From assembly GCA_009103225.1 (NCBI GenBank), contig RHPI01000797.1, positions 495,064 to 559,063 of the forward strand: 64,000 nucleotides of DNA, read 5' to 3'. Both the position numbers and the translations under genes were made by a program. Source of the stretch: Chlorokybus atmophyticus (Eukaryota; Plantae; Mesostigma and Chlorokybus algae). Under the pieces are notes generated by a model. It was not told the origin of the DNA. It worked only from the letters and a program-made list of their open reading frames with translations, and made no database searches. Position 1 is the stretch's first letter; each line of letters opens with the position of its first letter. Of this stretch, positions 1-15,070 are shown one piece after another.

Positions 1-1086
1 GTCGTGTGGCTGACGCCCGTACATCAACATCATACTGCAATATGCGTGCATGTGTTGTTGTTGACATCATCAAAGGCTCCCCGGCATTGTGACTGTTGCT
101 GTGAAAGGCATGTGTGCTCGCTCAACATGTTGGTGCGTCTTGTATATGGGTGTGTCCGGGTTGTTATGTGCGACCAAGTTAGTCATTAGCATGAAGATGA
201 TGTAATGATGATGCCTCTGATAAGTCGATTGCATGCAATGCGTTGCATTGCACCCAGTCAACAGACTTGCATGGCACACCACACTGCCAAAAGGCCACAG
301 ATATCGGACCCGACAATTGCAAGTGTTCGAGTAAGTCATTGGACTGTTGATGATGATCACGGACCGATGGCAATAGAGACACAACCCCCAAAATTTCCAG
401 TCATTGCGTACTCATTGGACTGTTGACCATCTGATGGTTGCCAATGCCGCACACTGTACATATCCCAGCGGCAAGCAACTTGCAGAGGAGTTGCCCTTAC
501 CATGAGCACGTGCGCTCAATGCGATCCGTGTTACGCACAGCAGCAGTGAGTGGGCTTGTCTGCTGGTCAGCTCCCAGTCTGTGTACTGGTCTACTTTTCC
601 GGGCCTCCCTCTCCCTGTTACTCCTCACAAACGGAAGCACGCTGCTAGCGCGGTCTCCAATACCTGCCGTCCCGCAACCACTCCTCTTCCTCCTCCTGCC
701 TCCGCCGCCGCCCGCTGAAACACCCGCCAAACACAATGCGGCCGTTGAAATCCACTCTCCATGTGATTCACTTGAGAGTGTTGTTGTTCAGAGTGAGTCA
801 TTTCACAGGCTCTGAACTTCAGCGAGTTCACAGGCTTCAAGTGAGAACTTGATGAGCCGAGTGTGTAGCCTGCTCGTGTGCTGCAGTACCGTGTCTCTGC
901 GTGGCGGCGGCGGCGGCATCGGCGGTGGCGGTGCAAGCTAAGTCAAGGTGGGCGTAGCAGCAGCAGCAGACGCAGCAGACGCAGAGGCAGAAGTAGTAGT
1001 AGAAGCGGCAGAAGCGGCAGAAGGGCACGTTTACTGCGTGTACGCAGAGTGGTGTGTGTTTTTCCATCCATTGTCCTGGGGTTTTA

Positions 1087-3386
<2,300 letters not shown>

Positions 3387-4503
3387 GCGTTTCTTTCTTT
3401 TGCTCCGTTTCTCTCTCTTCTCGGCTGGTTGCTTTCGGTGCTCTCAGTTGGTTGCACTTGGAGTCTGGTAGCATCATGGCATGGTTTGGTTTGGATTGTA
3501 TGCTTGAGTTGATATATGCCTTCTCCGGTACGAATACTATCTAAGACGCACGCCATTGTTCATGAACAAGTTGGTGGATAGTTGCCGAAACTGGCATGTA
3601 CTTCTGCACATGAAGTGCGGTGCTTTTCTTGCAGCTTTGCATGATTTGGAGAATACAGCGCTGCTTCTGCAGGTGGGGTTGCCGCACTGCTGGTGCCACC
3701 AATCCTTGCATGGATTGTATTGTTAAGCTAAAGAGGCTAGGGGTAGCTCACGGTCATACATTATGTACAATTGTTGGTCCCCATGCCTTTGCTTGTGCGC
3801 TCTGTGTCTACGCTTTGCATGGTCACACTGCATACGGTTTGCATGTTAATAACTTATCCTACTGACCGCATTGTAGTGGTAGATTCGGCTGCTCCTTGCT
3901 ACTGGTCTATCTTGCTACTGCTTGTGGCCTTGGGCAAGTACTCGTGTCCCTCAAACAACATAAGGATTATTGCGTTTGGCAGTCTGATGCGTGGCATACA
4001 ATAAAATGAGACTCCCGACAATGTCTTTGTTTACATATACGGGTTGGGTATTAACACTAGAGTATTGCGCTTATTGCTTCCGCGAATTGAAATTAACATG
4101 GCCGATAACAACAAGGCAAACACATCATTCATTTGCAACCAATTGCTCATAGTTCCTTATGTAGGAACTCCTTATGTGTCAACACTAATATGTTTACATC
4201 TAGCCTAGGCTACCCGCCAAAACCGACCCACCGCAACTCGCATGAGCAGAACCCGCAAACTGATTGCTACGTACACCGCAGGATCGCCCTTTGTACAAAA
4301 GAGGTGAGGTACCTCTCATCAAGCTGCCCACCAGTCCAGGTCTGCGGTAGTGTCTGCCGGTAGCGGAGACACATCCACCGTTTGCGTTGCCTCCTGCGGC
4401 ATCACCAACTGCTGCTTTGGAGATACTGTGATCTGCATGGCAGCATCGACCAATCAGCACACGCGGGAGTGCAACGTCAAAAACAGTTGGAACGCAGCAA
4501 GGT

Positions 4504-6972
4504 TCAGGTACGTGCCTGCTCGGGTGCCAGCTCGGCAGGTGCAGACATAGCGAGCAAGTCATCCAAACCGGGAGTGGATGGTGTCACAGGCACCTTGGGC
4601 ATGTCCGCTTCAGAGCCCTGAAAGCATGAAAGTTAGCTGCAGCTATAACGAGTGTCAACAAGGTGTTCGCAGAACCATATGCTTACCAGCATGGTCGACT
4701 CTTCCATGACCCTACTGTTCGCCAATGCCATGGCTGTCTGAGCCCATCTGTTGCTCCCAAAAGTACTCAATGCTGGCATCTTCACCACGCGAGGGGATGC
4801 TTCTGATGCCATACACTGCCGCGACGTTGGGGCCATACTTGTGGACGGGGCCACGTCATGTGACAAGCGAGTTGGCAATGCCCTTGGTGGCCCAGCTGTT
4901 GAAAAAGAAGACGATCTTTGCTGCAATTCACAAGAACTGTTAATGTTTTGGCCAAGAACAGGGAGAACGGGGAGATGTTCGTGTCGGTAATTAGCTTTGC
5001 AGACGTTTCTTTCTTGAAATTAGAACCGTCTGCAAAGCTAATTACCACACAACAGACAAAGTCTGCCAATTGGTGCCATGTCGCGAGGGGGTTAGGGCTT
5101 ACATTTGACATTGAGGGAGTTGGAGTGGGTGTTGGTGGCATGGCTTGTACTGACAACACTGATGGTTGTCCTTGCGCAGCTGCAGATGTTGTGGCTGTTC
5201 CCGGCGCGGTGGAATCAGCCTGTCTCGCAATGTCGGCTTTGGCTGCATCTTTAACTAACCCAAGTCTTCGGGTTTGCGACAGTAGATTCCTCTGTTGACG
5301 TGCTAGAGTCAGAGCCGTTTGCAAACTGCAGCTAGGAGAGAGCACTGGACTTGAGGCGCCGTGGATGCCAGCTGTGGCTGGTTCCATGGCGACCAAACCT
5401 ACCTGCTCCTCCCACACCTCCGGTGTGGCGAGGTTGATAACCAAGTTGCGCATGAGCAGCAGAACCGTTTCTCTGTCAATGGGCTCCATCGCCTTCAATC
5501 TCTCATTGTGCTTCTTGACGGCAGGATCAAATAAACCACCAAGAAACGAGTATACACCAGCAAAGTCTGGCGCATTGCATTTTCCTTCCCCTCGCAACAG
5601 CGATGTCATCTTTGAAGGCCCTGCCTGCGTGTTGTTGGTCCATGGTCTCCCAGACTTGGAGTGCGCAAAATCACCTGTCAGCAAGAACACATATGGTGAG
5701 AACTAACTTGCTGTGCACTAAGCCATTCAACAATCTCCCTTCAGTTGCAAAGGACTGTCTAATTACCATCACTGGCCAACACTGGGTACAAAATGACTCA
5801 CCACTACTGCGCGACTTCTCGTCCACAGAAAAGTTGCTCCTCTCCGGAGCATCACTGAAACCTTGACTGGCAGAGACTCCACCTGAGGATGCATGGGGTG
5901 AGTAAGCCATACAGGGGAACGAGGACAGTGAAAAATCAAGCTAGCCAGCCAGCTGGTGAGCTGACCGACAGTTCAATGCACTAACCTGACGCTTTGGAAG
6001 TCGGTGCCTTCTGTGGATATGGCTGTGACGACTTGCGCTTGGGCCGAGGTGGGGGCACATGCTCGCCTGTGCCGTTCTTCTGCACTTTCAGAAAGTACTT
6101 CTGTGCGTGGCTTCGTATCTGCAAAACATGCATTAGCGCACGGGCCAATCAGATTTGTCTAGCCCTGACTGAACGCAGCTCCATTTACTCAAATGCACTG
6201 ACACCAACATACACTGCCACACCACGACCACTACTATTGCTAAGGTTTCTGCATCCAGCATGGCTGACACTGACGCAGATTGCCATACCACTACAGCTTA
6301 CTGCAAACACAGCGTGTGTTCCTGCTCAGTGTGTAGTGAGCAAAAAATAAGCCAAAATTGCGCAGCACATCACAATGGGCTGCTGACCAACGCAGCTACC
6401 TGTAACTGGCAAACCCGCGAACACAACCTGACCTGACATATTCCTGCTTACATGGTGAGCAAACAATAACTTCACTTCGCAGCATTGTCAACTGCTGCCC
6501 TACGCTGCCTGTAAATGCAGAATCCGCCTATCCTGACTAGCAAGCAACATGCCCAGTATTGCGACACCCAGCGCCGCTCCCTACTACAAGCATTTGCAAC
6601 CAGCGGTTGCTCGTCTAGGCAAGAACCACTAGATGGCAAAATTTGCGAAACCGCCCACGCGCTATGCTGCAATTGAAGCTGCAAGCATAGAGCTGACTGA
6701 GAGAAGCAGCTAATGCAGCAACACACCTGCCATAAGCATACCAGTACCTGAATGATAGTCTTCGTGCCAACAAACGCCTCGATCTTTTTCCAGTCACGGT
6801 CATAGAGGCGCAATGCCTCCAGAAATTTGTGGTGTTCCTGCTCGGTCCAGCTCTCCCGCTGCTTCGTAATTGTGTACGGCTTCCTCACCTTCATGTCCTC
6901 CCGCTGCTTGCTGCTGATGCCCATAACGCCTTCAAAAGCCACCGCAGCCGCCCCAACGCAGCTCATGGCCAT
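4504..6972 (-). CDS. RVE8-like: Single-repeat SHAQKYF MYB factor of the REVEILLE8/LCL (CCA1/LHY-related) clade
   Basis: Exons 6972-6748, 6118-5986, ~5882-5800, ~5676-5102, ~4920-4689, 4617-4504; phases join in frame. [47 protein letters not shown]|[29 protein letters not shown] and the second conserved block [16 protein letters not shown]...[14 protein letters not shown]. Confidence 0.9.
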
Positions 6973-8380
6973 GGAGGGCGCCAGCGACAGACACCACCCG
7001 CCGCCTCAAGGCCGCCGGCGCTGCAGGGCGCCAGCGACAGACACCACCCACGCAATACCAAGCAGCCGCAGCTTCACCACCACCGCCTCGCCAACCACCA
7101 TCCGCCGCACCACAGCCAAGCCACAACCTATTCCCACGACGCGTTCCACCAGCTCCTCGCGCCGCCGCCTTCAATCCCGTCGCCGCCCCCACCAACGCCG
7201 CCACCGCCCACGCCCACGCCGTCAGCTACACCACAGCTGAACCCTAGCATGAGCACATGTGGGCAGGAAGCAGTTACATTGTAGTTCAGGTCTACTTCAA
7301 TTGGGGTTTGGTAGGTACCATACGGGGCTGCTACGCACAATTGCGTGGGTTGATCGTGGCATGGGACCTTTTTCTCGTCGGTTGGGGTGTTGTAACGTGC
7401 TGTTGGGCTGTTATGGCTGTTATGGCTGTCCTGTCAACCGCTGTATTGATCGCCGGTTACTCCCGTCAACGCACGAGGGCCCCGCTTTTGATTCGGGGTT
7501 GTCCACTGGATTGGGGCCTCGAGGACAGAAGGCGACCGTGGCGGCGCGCCGCGTATTTTGCGGATCTCCGGCGCTCTCGGCACACCGAGCTTGATGACTG
7601 CGGTCAGCCACCAGTTAGACTAGAAGCTTTATCAACCGCGAAGTCACAGGCTGGCGCGCCAGCTTGGGCAGGCAATCATGTGTACGGCGCGTCAGAAGGC
7701 GAAGCCTCGACCGCGAAACGGGGAGCCGGCTCGGTCAGGGCGTCGCGGGGGATTGCGTCAACTCGGCAAGCTAACTGACTTCCTGATTCTCGAGGCCCCG
7801 AAAGCTTTGGAATAGACTTTGCACTTTGTTTGGGGCCGAATGTCTTCGAAAGTATCTCTCTGTGTGTCAGGCAGCGACATGGCCACTGCAGAAGGCTGCT
7901 CCGCGTCATTTGCGCCCGTCTGTGTTGAGCATTGATGGCACGTGGAAAGATACAACCACGAGGGGGGGAGCGGCATGGGATGAGCTGAAACGAGGGGCTG
8001 CGCCGATCGGACGGCTGCGACAACGTCCGTGGCTTTGCATGTACAGCAAAGTAACGACTTGCCAGGTTGAAGGGTTCATGGGGTCAGGTTAGCCAGACGT
8101 GGCCCATTACAACAGCTTTTGGCCAGAAGGGATGGGGCGTTGACATGACCTGCATAACTTGCACAAGCTCTTCTGATTCGTGAGATCCGGCCAAGTGGAG
8201 CGATTGTTGGAAGGATACAATGTTAACACTATGCCCTCTACATTTGAAATCAGATGAGCCCGTAATTTCAACCTTCTTGATCGCGCATTTGCAAGCGCCA
8301 TGGCATTTACATGGTTGCCAACTTCGCTCTGCAGCATTTTATATCACCAATCACATGCTTAGCATGCTTAGCATCCCCTC

Positions 8381-9166
8381 TGTCACGATTTGGATACATC
8401 GTGACAAACCTCACTCATGGTAGCGTCTGTTGCTACCATAGCCTAGTGGTCGGAGCCCACTTGTTACAATGGTAGCGGAGTTTAACATCTCATATTCAAT
8501 TCTCGTAGGGGACTGAGGCAGATCCAACTAAAAAAACTATCTGGGGCGGCTTGCCTTAGTCTGAGCGCTGGTTCGCAAACTGCGCGCCGAGCCGCTTTGA
8601 CCTATGGCCGCGTGAGCGGTTGCGTCGCAATGGCAGGATGCGCGGTGAGGATGGCCGGATCAAAAAAGGCCGCGGGCGAACCGGTCGTAATACGGCCGTG
8701 ACCACGGCGACATGGGCGAGTAAGTGCTTTATTGGATAATGAGAAACCCGTGGGTTAAATTGGGGAGGAATGTCACGATTTGGGATAATTGTGACAGATC
8801 TTACCCATGGTAGCGTCTTCTACTACCATAGCCTAGTAGTCAGAGCCTGATTGTAAGGGTCCCAACGGGATTATACAGCTAATGAAGCCATATTGGGTTG
8901 GGAGGTTATTGACCTAGTGTTAATGCCCTAGTGTAGAGTTACAATAAATAACACTGATATCGGCATGAGACTCAAGCCGATATCAGCCGCATGGCGGCGC
9001 TGCTAACGCAGCGACCGCCATAGCCAGCTGATCTTTTGCTCTGGCAGCTGCCATGGCAATGGCGGCGGTGGTGGCGTCGGCGTGGCTAGTAGTGGTGGTG
9101 GGTTAGGGGATTAAAGGGAGAACGGGCACTCCCCCCTTACATTGGTATTGGAGCCCAGTTGTTACA
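8381..9166 (+). mobile_element. TRIM family 1, copy A, with a foreign LTR embedded in its 3' LTR
   Basis: 5' LTR TGTCAC...TGTTACA 8381-8468; PBS-like TGGTAGCGGAG; PPT TTGGGGAGGAA; 3' LTR starts 8771 and ends TGTTACA at 9166; 5-bp TSD CCCTC on both sides. Confidence 0.85.
8852..9141 (+). mobile_element. LTR (TGTAAG...CTTACA) of a Gypsy-type family, followed by a PBS-like sequence
   Basis: TG..CA termini, followed by TTGGTATTGGAGC. Aligns by eye in reverse orientation with the LTR at 32461-32748. Confidence 0.7.
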
Positions 9167-12100
9167 CCCTCCCTTCTATACAATCTTAGACACATCTTAT
9201 ATAAGAGTGTTCTGATACTGCACGCTTTTGTGTCACGCACCTTTGTTCTTGATGTATTCATATTTATGTCTGATATGTTGACATTTGAATCGTGAGCATT
9301 TAGCTATTGCCAAGCAGCGCAACGCCACGTTACATGCAATGCGCTTGCATGGATTGTTATGAGACGTTTTATTTGGTTATCACTGAGTATGCAAGCTTTT
9401 GCTGTATACACAAGGATCAGTGCACCGTCGTCAGAGCCCTACTCATACTTATGCATTATTGAACGAAACTGATGTTCATGGTGGATAGCCTTTGCTGACC
9501 TTTGCTGAGTTTTTCACTGTAAACAGCTTGCTGCTATGCTAGGGGTCACGTTAGTAGCGGGATTGCTATTATTGCACAAATATTAGTAATGCTACAACCA
9601 TTCGTGTTCAGCATTCGAATGAATCCGCGCAAGGTTTGGCACGGATTAACCCTGGTTTGTGAGCCGCGGATTTCCGCACCATGATTTATTACTCATGCGA
9701 TCGATTACCGACCTGCGTCGCACCTTGCTCCGCGACTTGCACAATGTGTTGGCCAAGCAAAAGGTGTTGGCCAAGTAACCGAAAACCTTAATGGCACCGC
9801 GATTCCGCCCAGCAAACCAACCTTGCATGCGTTATCATGCAAAGCATGCAATGCTTGACATAAGCAACTTGTGTTGCGCAGCAAAAGGTGCGGCTTAACA
9901 GCGGATAAGTAACTGGTGATCTAACAGCGGCCGATACCGCGGTTCAGCCTGATCGCAACTCTGCAAGCGTGCGACCGGGTTTAAACCCGGTTGTATTGAA
10001 CATTTATATTAATGAGGGCAACCTGAAGTTGCACTCAAATAATGTTCCTATCCGACATATACGCGTCAATGCATGTTTGTGACGCAGATGGTAAGGCGAG
10101 CGGTCGCAAAGCTTCGTTCGCGGGTTCGATCCGCCCGAGAGCAAAAGTTTTTGCTGTGCGTGCGCAATAGATTGCCCCAATAGCCGGGAGGCATGATTTG
10201 CGTGATTGTCGAGTTAAGAAGGGGCCGTGCGATCAAACTAATCGCATGGTCTGTGAAAGCCAATCCGACGGTTCCAATGCCACTTTGAGGAGGTACTATG
10301 GCCGGACCAATGGTGATTAAGTACTGATGCACATGTGATCAGCGCCAAGCAAGCTGTAGGCTAGGCGCCATTGTCGGCGGCGGCGGAGTAGGCGCTGTCA
10401 TCGTGAACACTGTAAATGTCGTCCACCTTCCCAGCTTGCCGCCACCACTATTGCCGCCGCCGCCGCCCCATGAGAGTGCGCCCAACAGCAGAAGCTGAGT
10501 TCACTCGGCACAAGCTCCTCTGGATGGTGATCTCTCAGTCAGCACCCTATGTCGACCAGCCGAACAACCAAACACTGACGCGCGGTCTGTGCGGCTAATA
10601 GGCCGCACACAAACGTACATCAATATCGTAGGTGCTACTCCGAAGTACTGATTGAAAAAATTGTCATCCTAAGAACATTTTCAATTAATGGCCTGAATAC
10701 CCGCTCAACTTTTGCTTGGGGATCGTCACTGGGCCTCCAAGCTGTTAACGTTTCTGGGGCGGGGGCTTCATTGAGTATTTAACACACGTTATCATTTAAC
10801 CTGATGCAAATTATCAGCCACCAGCGGTGCCAATCGAGGAACCGCGAACCATGATTGGCTTTCGCGGTTCCACATCAATTTGAAGCCTGCTTCGCGAGCT
10901 TCCACCAGCCACTATTGCCCCTTGAGGCGGACGTCACATGCACCATACATGGTTGTATGAGTATTTTCGAGGTGTGTTGTTATTAAAAAAAAGCTTGTTT
11001 ACTGCATACGTTGCATCACTACTTTACCATAAATTTGTAATAGTAAAAAGTCCATGTGCTGTCACACCTAACAGGAAAGGCACAATCGCTCTTAGCTGTC
11101 ACAGCAGTGCTATGCTTACAGCATGACTGTATGGGAGTTCAACCACTTGGGTGTGTGTAGTACTTAAGTGGTTTGCTCATATAGTCAGTCCTTGTCCTGA
11201 TGAGCCTTGGGCATGATTAATTGTACAAGGCATGGATATGTAGCTTGCACAGAGTTGATTAGTGTACATGCCATCAGCTGGTTGTTGATGAGACATGTGA
11301 GGATTGATGAGACATGTGTCACCCGTGTATTGAGTGTGATACACTAGTAATGATAAGCATGGTTGAAGTGACATGTGTCACACCATGTTGGCATATGCCA
11401 CTGGCATATGCTAGTACCTCTTGGGGTCATGTGTGGCCAAGAGACTCTGATGAGCACAGTGTGGGCGAAAAGGCATTGATGGCTTTTCAGTTCATTGTGG
11501 CAAGTGGGAAGGCAACAGGGAGGAGTATAATAAGCTAGGCCAGCATGGTGTTCAAATATCAGCCACTGGACTCACATCTGCTCCATATCAGTCCTTATAT
11601 TGTAATCACTATTACACTTAGGGATTTAGCCATTTTAAGCTAACCAAGCTTGTCCATAATGTGCACACAATAGTGCAACTATGCAAGCCAATTTCTAGCA
11701 CTCATAATGATTGACACTGGCATGCCGAAGAACTTCGTGAGTGAGTTTTTGTGCAATGTCACATCGCACCAGATAGTCTGAGTATACATGTCAACGCATG
11801 CAGTGAGCAAGTTGCTTCACTCGACAACCATGATATACTTGTGCCTAGGATAGTGAGACTGTTGCTGCGCCTACAACGCTGTCATTCTCAACTCCAGTTT
11901 TTGGTGTTGAGATTTGGACACTACTCCATGTATGATCATACATGGAGTAGGTGCAAGCACAAGCACACACACTTTACCAGAGCATACACACAAGACTGAT
12001 CCAAAAAGGCTTTCTCAGGATTGCAACAAAGTCACACCGCGGGCTTTTATACCCGCCGGTTGCAGCACAGCACGCAACACCACCTTCCGCCCTGCCTGCG

Positions 12101-12599
12101 CTTGTTGCCGCTGCGCTCTCCCTTGTTTTGCCTTGCTCTACAAAAACAACGTTCTCAGTAGAGCATGTTGCACAGGTCTGCTACTTGCCCATGACACTCC
12201 TTGCCGGCATGTCCGCCTTCGCCTTGCAAGCACTTAGCTATAAGCGTATGCGTAATCGCCCATGCCGCTTGTCATTGGTTGTATGGCTGTCCCCCTTGAT
12301 GTGTGTGCTATTGTATGCGCTACTGTGTGTGCTCGTGAGAAGGGTGACAACACTGGCTGAGTCACACGCTAACTGAGCGCGCCCGTGTAGGGCTTGCGCG
12401 ATGAGGTTGTGTGTGAATGATTGTAATCCATAGTGCCTCATTCATCATGGGGTTGTGTTTGTAACTCTGTGTCGCGCGTGTGTGTATGTCACTTGTATTA
12501 AATTTACTGAAAAGCCTATACGCACAAGATGAAGTCGGAGCAAAACAGAAGTACAAGTTTTAGCTTGTTTACAACCCAATCACCACAATCAGACCAAAC

Positions 12600-12981
12600 T
12601 GTAACAAGTAGGCTCCGCTCATTAAGCTATGGTAGCAAAAGACGCTACCACAAGTGAGGTCTGTTACAAATTATCCCAAATCGTGACATTCCTCCTCAAT
12701 TTCACCCACGGGTTCCTCATTATCCAATGAAGCACTTACTAGCCCACGTCGTCGCGGTCACGGCCGTGTCACGACCCGTCCGCCCGCGGCCTATTGGATT
12801 CGGCCATATTCACCACGCAACTAGCCATTGCGGCGCGACCGCTCACGCGGCCATAGGTCAAACTGCCTCGGCGCGCAGATTGCGACCCTGCGCAAAGCCT
12901 AGGGCAAGCCGCCCCAAATGTTTTTTGCCCTTGGATCTGCCTAAGTCCCCTGCGGGAATTGAACCTGAGACGTCAAGCTCC
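12600..12981 (-). mobile_element. TRIM family 1, copy B, 5'-truncated
   Basis: Reverse complement contains the internal region, PPT and 3' LTR (12688-12600) homologous to 8381-8850 and 48796-49302. It stops inside the PBS, and no 5' LTR is present. Confidence 0.85.
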
Positions 12982-13875
12982 ACGGCAGTGTCAGCATCCA
13001 TGACTGGGTGGTCACTGTTGTGTCATGCCAAATACCCTCGCATGCCAGTCCTCCTCGAGCATGCCTACATTTAGCCCCAAGCCGGGCTACCAGCATGAAG
13101 ACCGTCGCCCCCCAGCCTCTTGCTAGCTACTTCGTACTTCATGTAGCATGTAGCTAGGGCTACTCTATAGACTTCGCTGTAGGAACCGCACGTAGCTGAT
13201 CAGTTAGGACTCTGTTATTAGCTCATGTGCTATATCAAACCTTGGGGGATTTTTATAGTAGCATACGGCTTCGATGGGACCGTTGGCCTCGTGCCAGGCG
13301 TGGCACAACACAGTCATGATTTGACATGTATAAGTATGAAGTCATGTCATTAAACTCACCGGTGACACTGTGAGTGAGTATTAAAAGTAAAGACACGAAC
13401 TACAAGAGCTTGTGAAGCGACTTGAATTGGAAGCACACCGTCCCGATTGCCAAGAACTGCCTTACTGCGTGAGACACAGTGTATGCTCTTGTGCGCTGTG
13501 CTTGTCATTGCTGTGAGCTTGACGGTGGTGTGTTGGTTGCATAAGTCAAAACATAGCATCTCGGAGTTGCTTGTTCATTCACCTCACTTAACAGTGTAAC
13601 ACATCATCCACTCATGCAAAGAATTGTGTATACAGCACTACCTATCGTAGTGGCTTGTTTACTCAAGGTGTTACCCTCTTTGCTCAAATGAGTGCGTCGC
13701 ATTTTGCATCAGATAATGCAGTCTGTATCTGGGAATACATCTCTGTGCATTTGTTATCACTGTCATCACACAGTGCGCACACAAGCACTAGTGTGGTGAG
13801 TGGTAGCAGCATCAAGATAGACAGTAGAGCATAAACACTCTACCCTGCATACACGTTCACCTGTGGACTAGCTGT

Positions 13876-14718
13876 ATGAGCAGGACCACCCCATTCTTTT
13901 CGATGGACGAGGGTGACCTTAGCAGCTGCAGCCTAACCTTCAATCTTACCTACGAGCGGACCAGCAATGGGAGCAGCGATCGCAGCAGCAGAGGCTTGCA
14001 TGCTATCTCCGGCTTCACTCCGTTCCGATCTACTCCTCGCCATCAAGCTTCCCCACTATCCTCCGATACCGACGACTACGAGATGGAGTCTTCCAGCTCA
14101 AGCACATCCCTGCACTTCTTCGGTCGTGCTGGCACCACCTCGCTGGACACATCCGTTGTTAAGTTCGATTTCAAGATACGACAGCAAGCTCTAAAGAACA
14201 AAGACTGGTCAGATGAGATTTTTTTCCACATTGCTGCTCAGTATTTGGACCATAATTACACGATGTCTGGAAGTTTGTCGCTGAACTGCATCGAGTTGAT
14301 GGCTATGGCGAGCTCGCACCATAACATCTGCGTCACTGCATAGTCCAACATCCGTCGTTCCACCTACCACTCCAGCTGCATTCATTGGCTTGTCCATAGC
14401 TGCAGCCATTAAGAGGGCAGAGGAGGAGGAGCCTGAGTTGGTGATCGTCAACCTGACCCCTTACAGAGATTGAGACCAAGACGGTCGCACGACGGGCCCG
14501 GATCCTGGACCGTTTTGCTGCTATCCTTGAAAAACAACGTGCTGCAGCCGTTGAGGTGGGCACGCCTCTACCCCTGGCAACACCTGGCTCTCGTGCGGGA
14601 GGCAGTGCTTTCACCCTCGAGTCAGATGCACTGCGCGCACCAGCCATCACTGTAGGTGCTGCCATCTCTGAGTCTCCACTCAAGAACATATACACACTGA
14701 TTAACGTTCAAGGACCAT
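13876..14718 (+). pseudogene. Disrupted reading frames of unknown product
   Basis: 155-aa ORF followed by protein-like segments in shifted frames (SVVPPTTPAAFIGLSIAAAIKRAEEEEPELV; TEIETKTVARRARILDRFAAILEKQRAAAVE). No recognised motif. Confidence 0.2.
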
Positions 14719-15070
14719 GAATGGTTCGTGACGCAGGACCAAGATTTTCCCCTGCTAAGCGAAATCGGTGGACCATGCATGGTCTGCTTTTTAACGACAG
14801 TCGGACCATGCATGGTCCGAATTTAACGTGAATGGTACCATTGTCCCTTGGGATGCACCAGGCATGGTGGCCGGTATGCATGAGATTTGTGGACCATGTA
14901 TGGTCCGACTTTATCATGCAAAAGCGAACCAAGGTTGGTCCATGCATAAGTGAGTGTGTGTGGACCATATATGGTCCGAATTCTACATGTTAACATGGAC
15001 CAAGCTTGGTCCATTCTTGTAAGCAAATGCAAATCATAATGGGGTGTTTCAGACCAGATCCGGTCCGATC
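14711..15070. repeat. Array of spaced GGACCA-N4-TGGTCC palindromes
   Basis: About 8 perfect or degenerate copies, e.g. GGACCATGCATGGTCC, GGACCATGTATGGTCC, GGACCATATATGGTCC, GGACCAAGCTTGGTCC. Confidence 0.85.

Noticed and set aside
497-1067. Divergent gene upstream of TFB4 (VHRLG resembling the RluA VHRLD motif)
   Set aside because: Catalytic Asp absent, low complexity, and no consistent start or splice chain found.
7391-8111. Solo LTR (TGTAAC...ATTACA)
   Set aside because: No matching TSD (GGTGT vs ACAGC), no PBS or PPT, and no homolog in the window.
11190-11460. Hammerhead ribozyme cores (CTGATGA at about 11198 and 11447)
   Set aside because: No GAAA and stem arrangement found nearby; TRIM LTRs also lack the core, so they are not called retrozymes.
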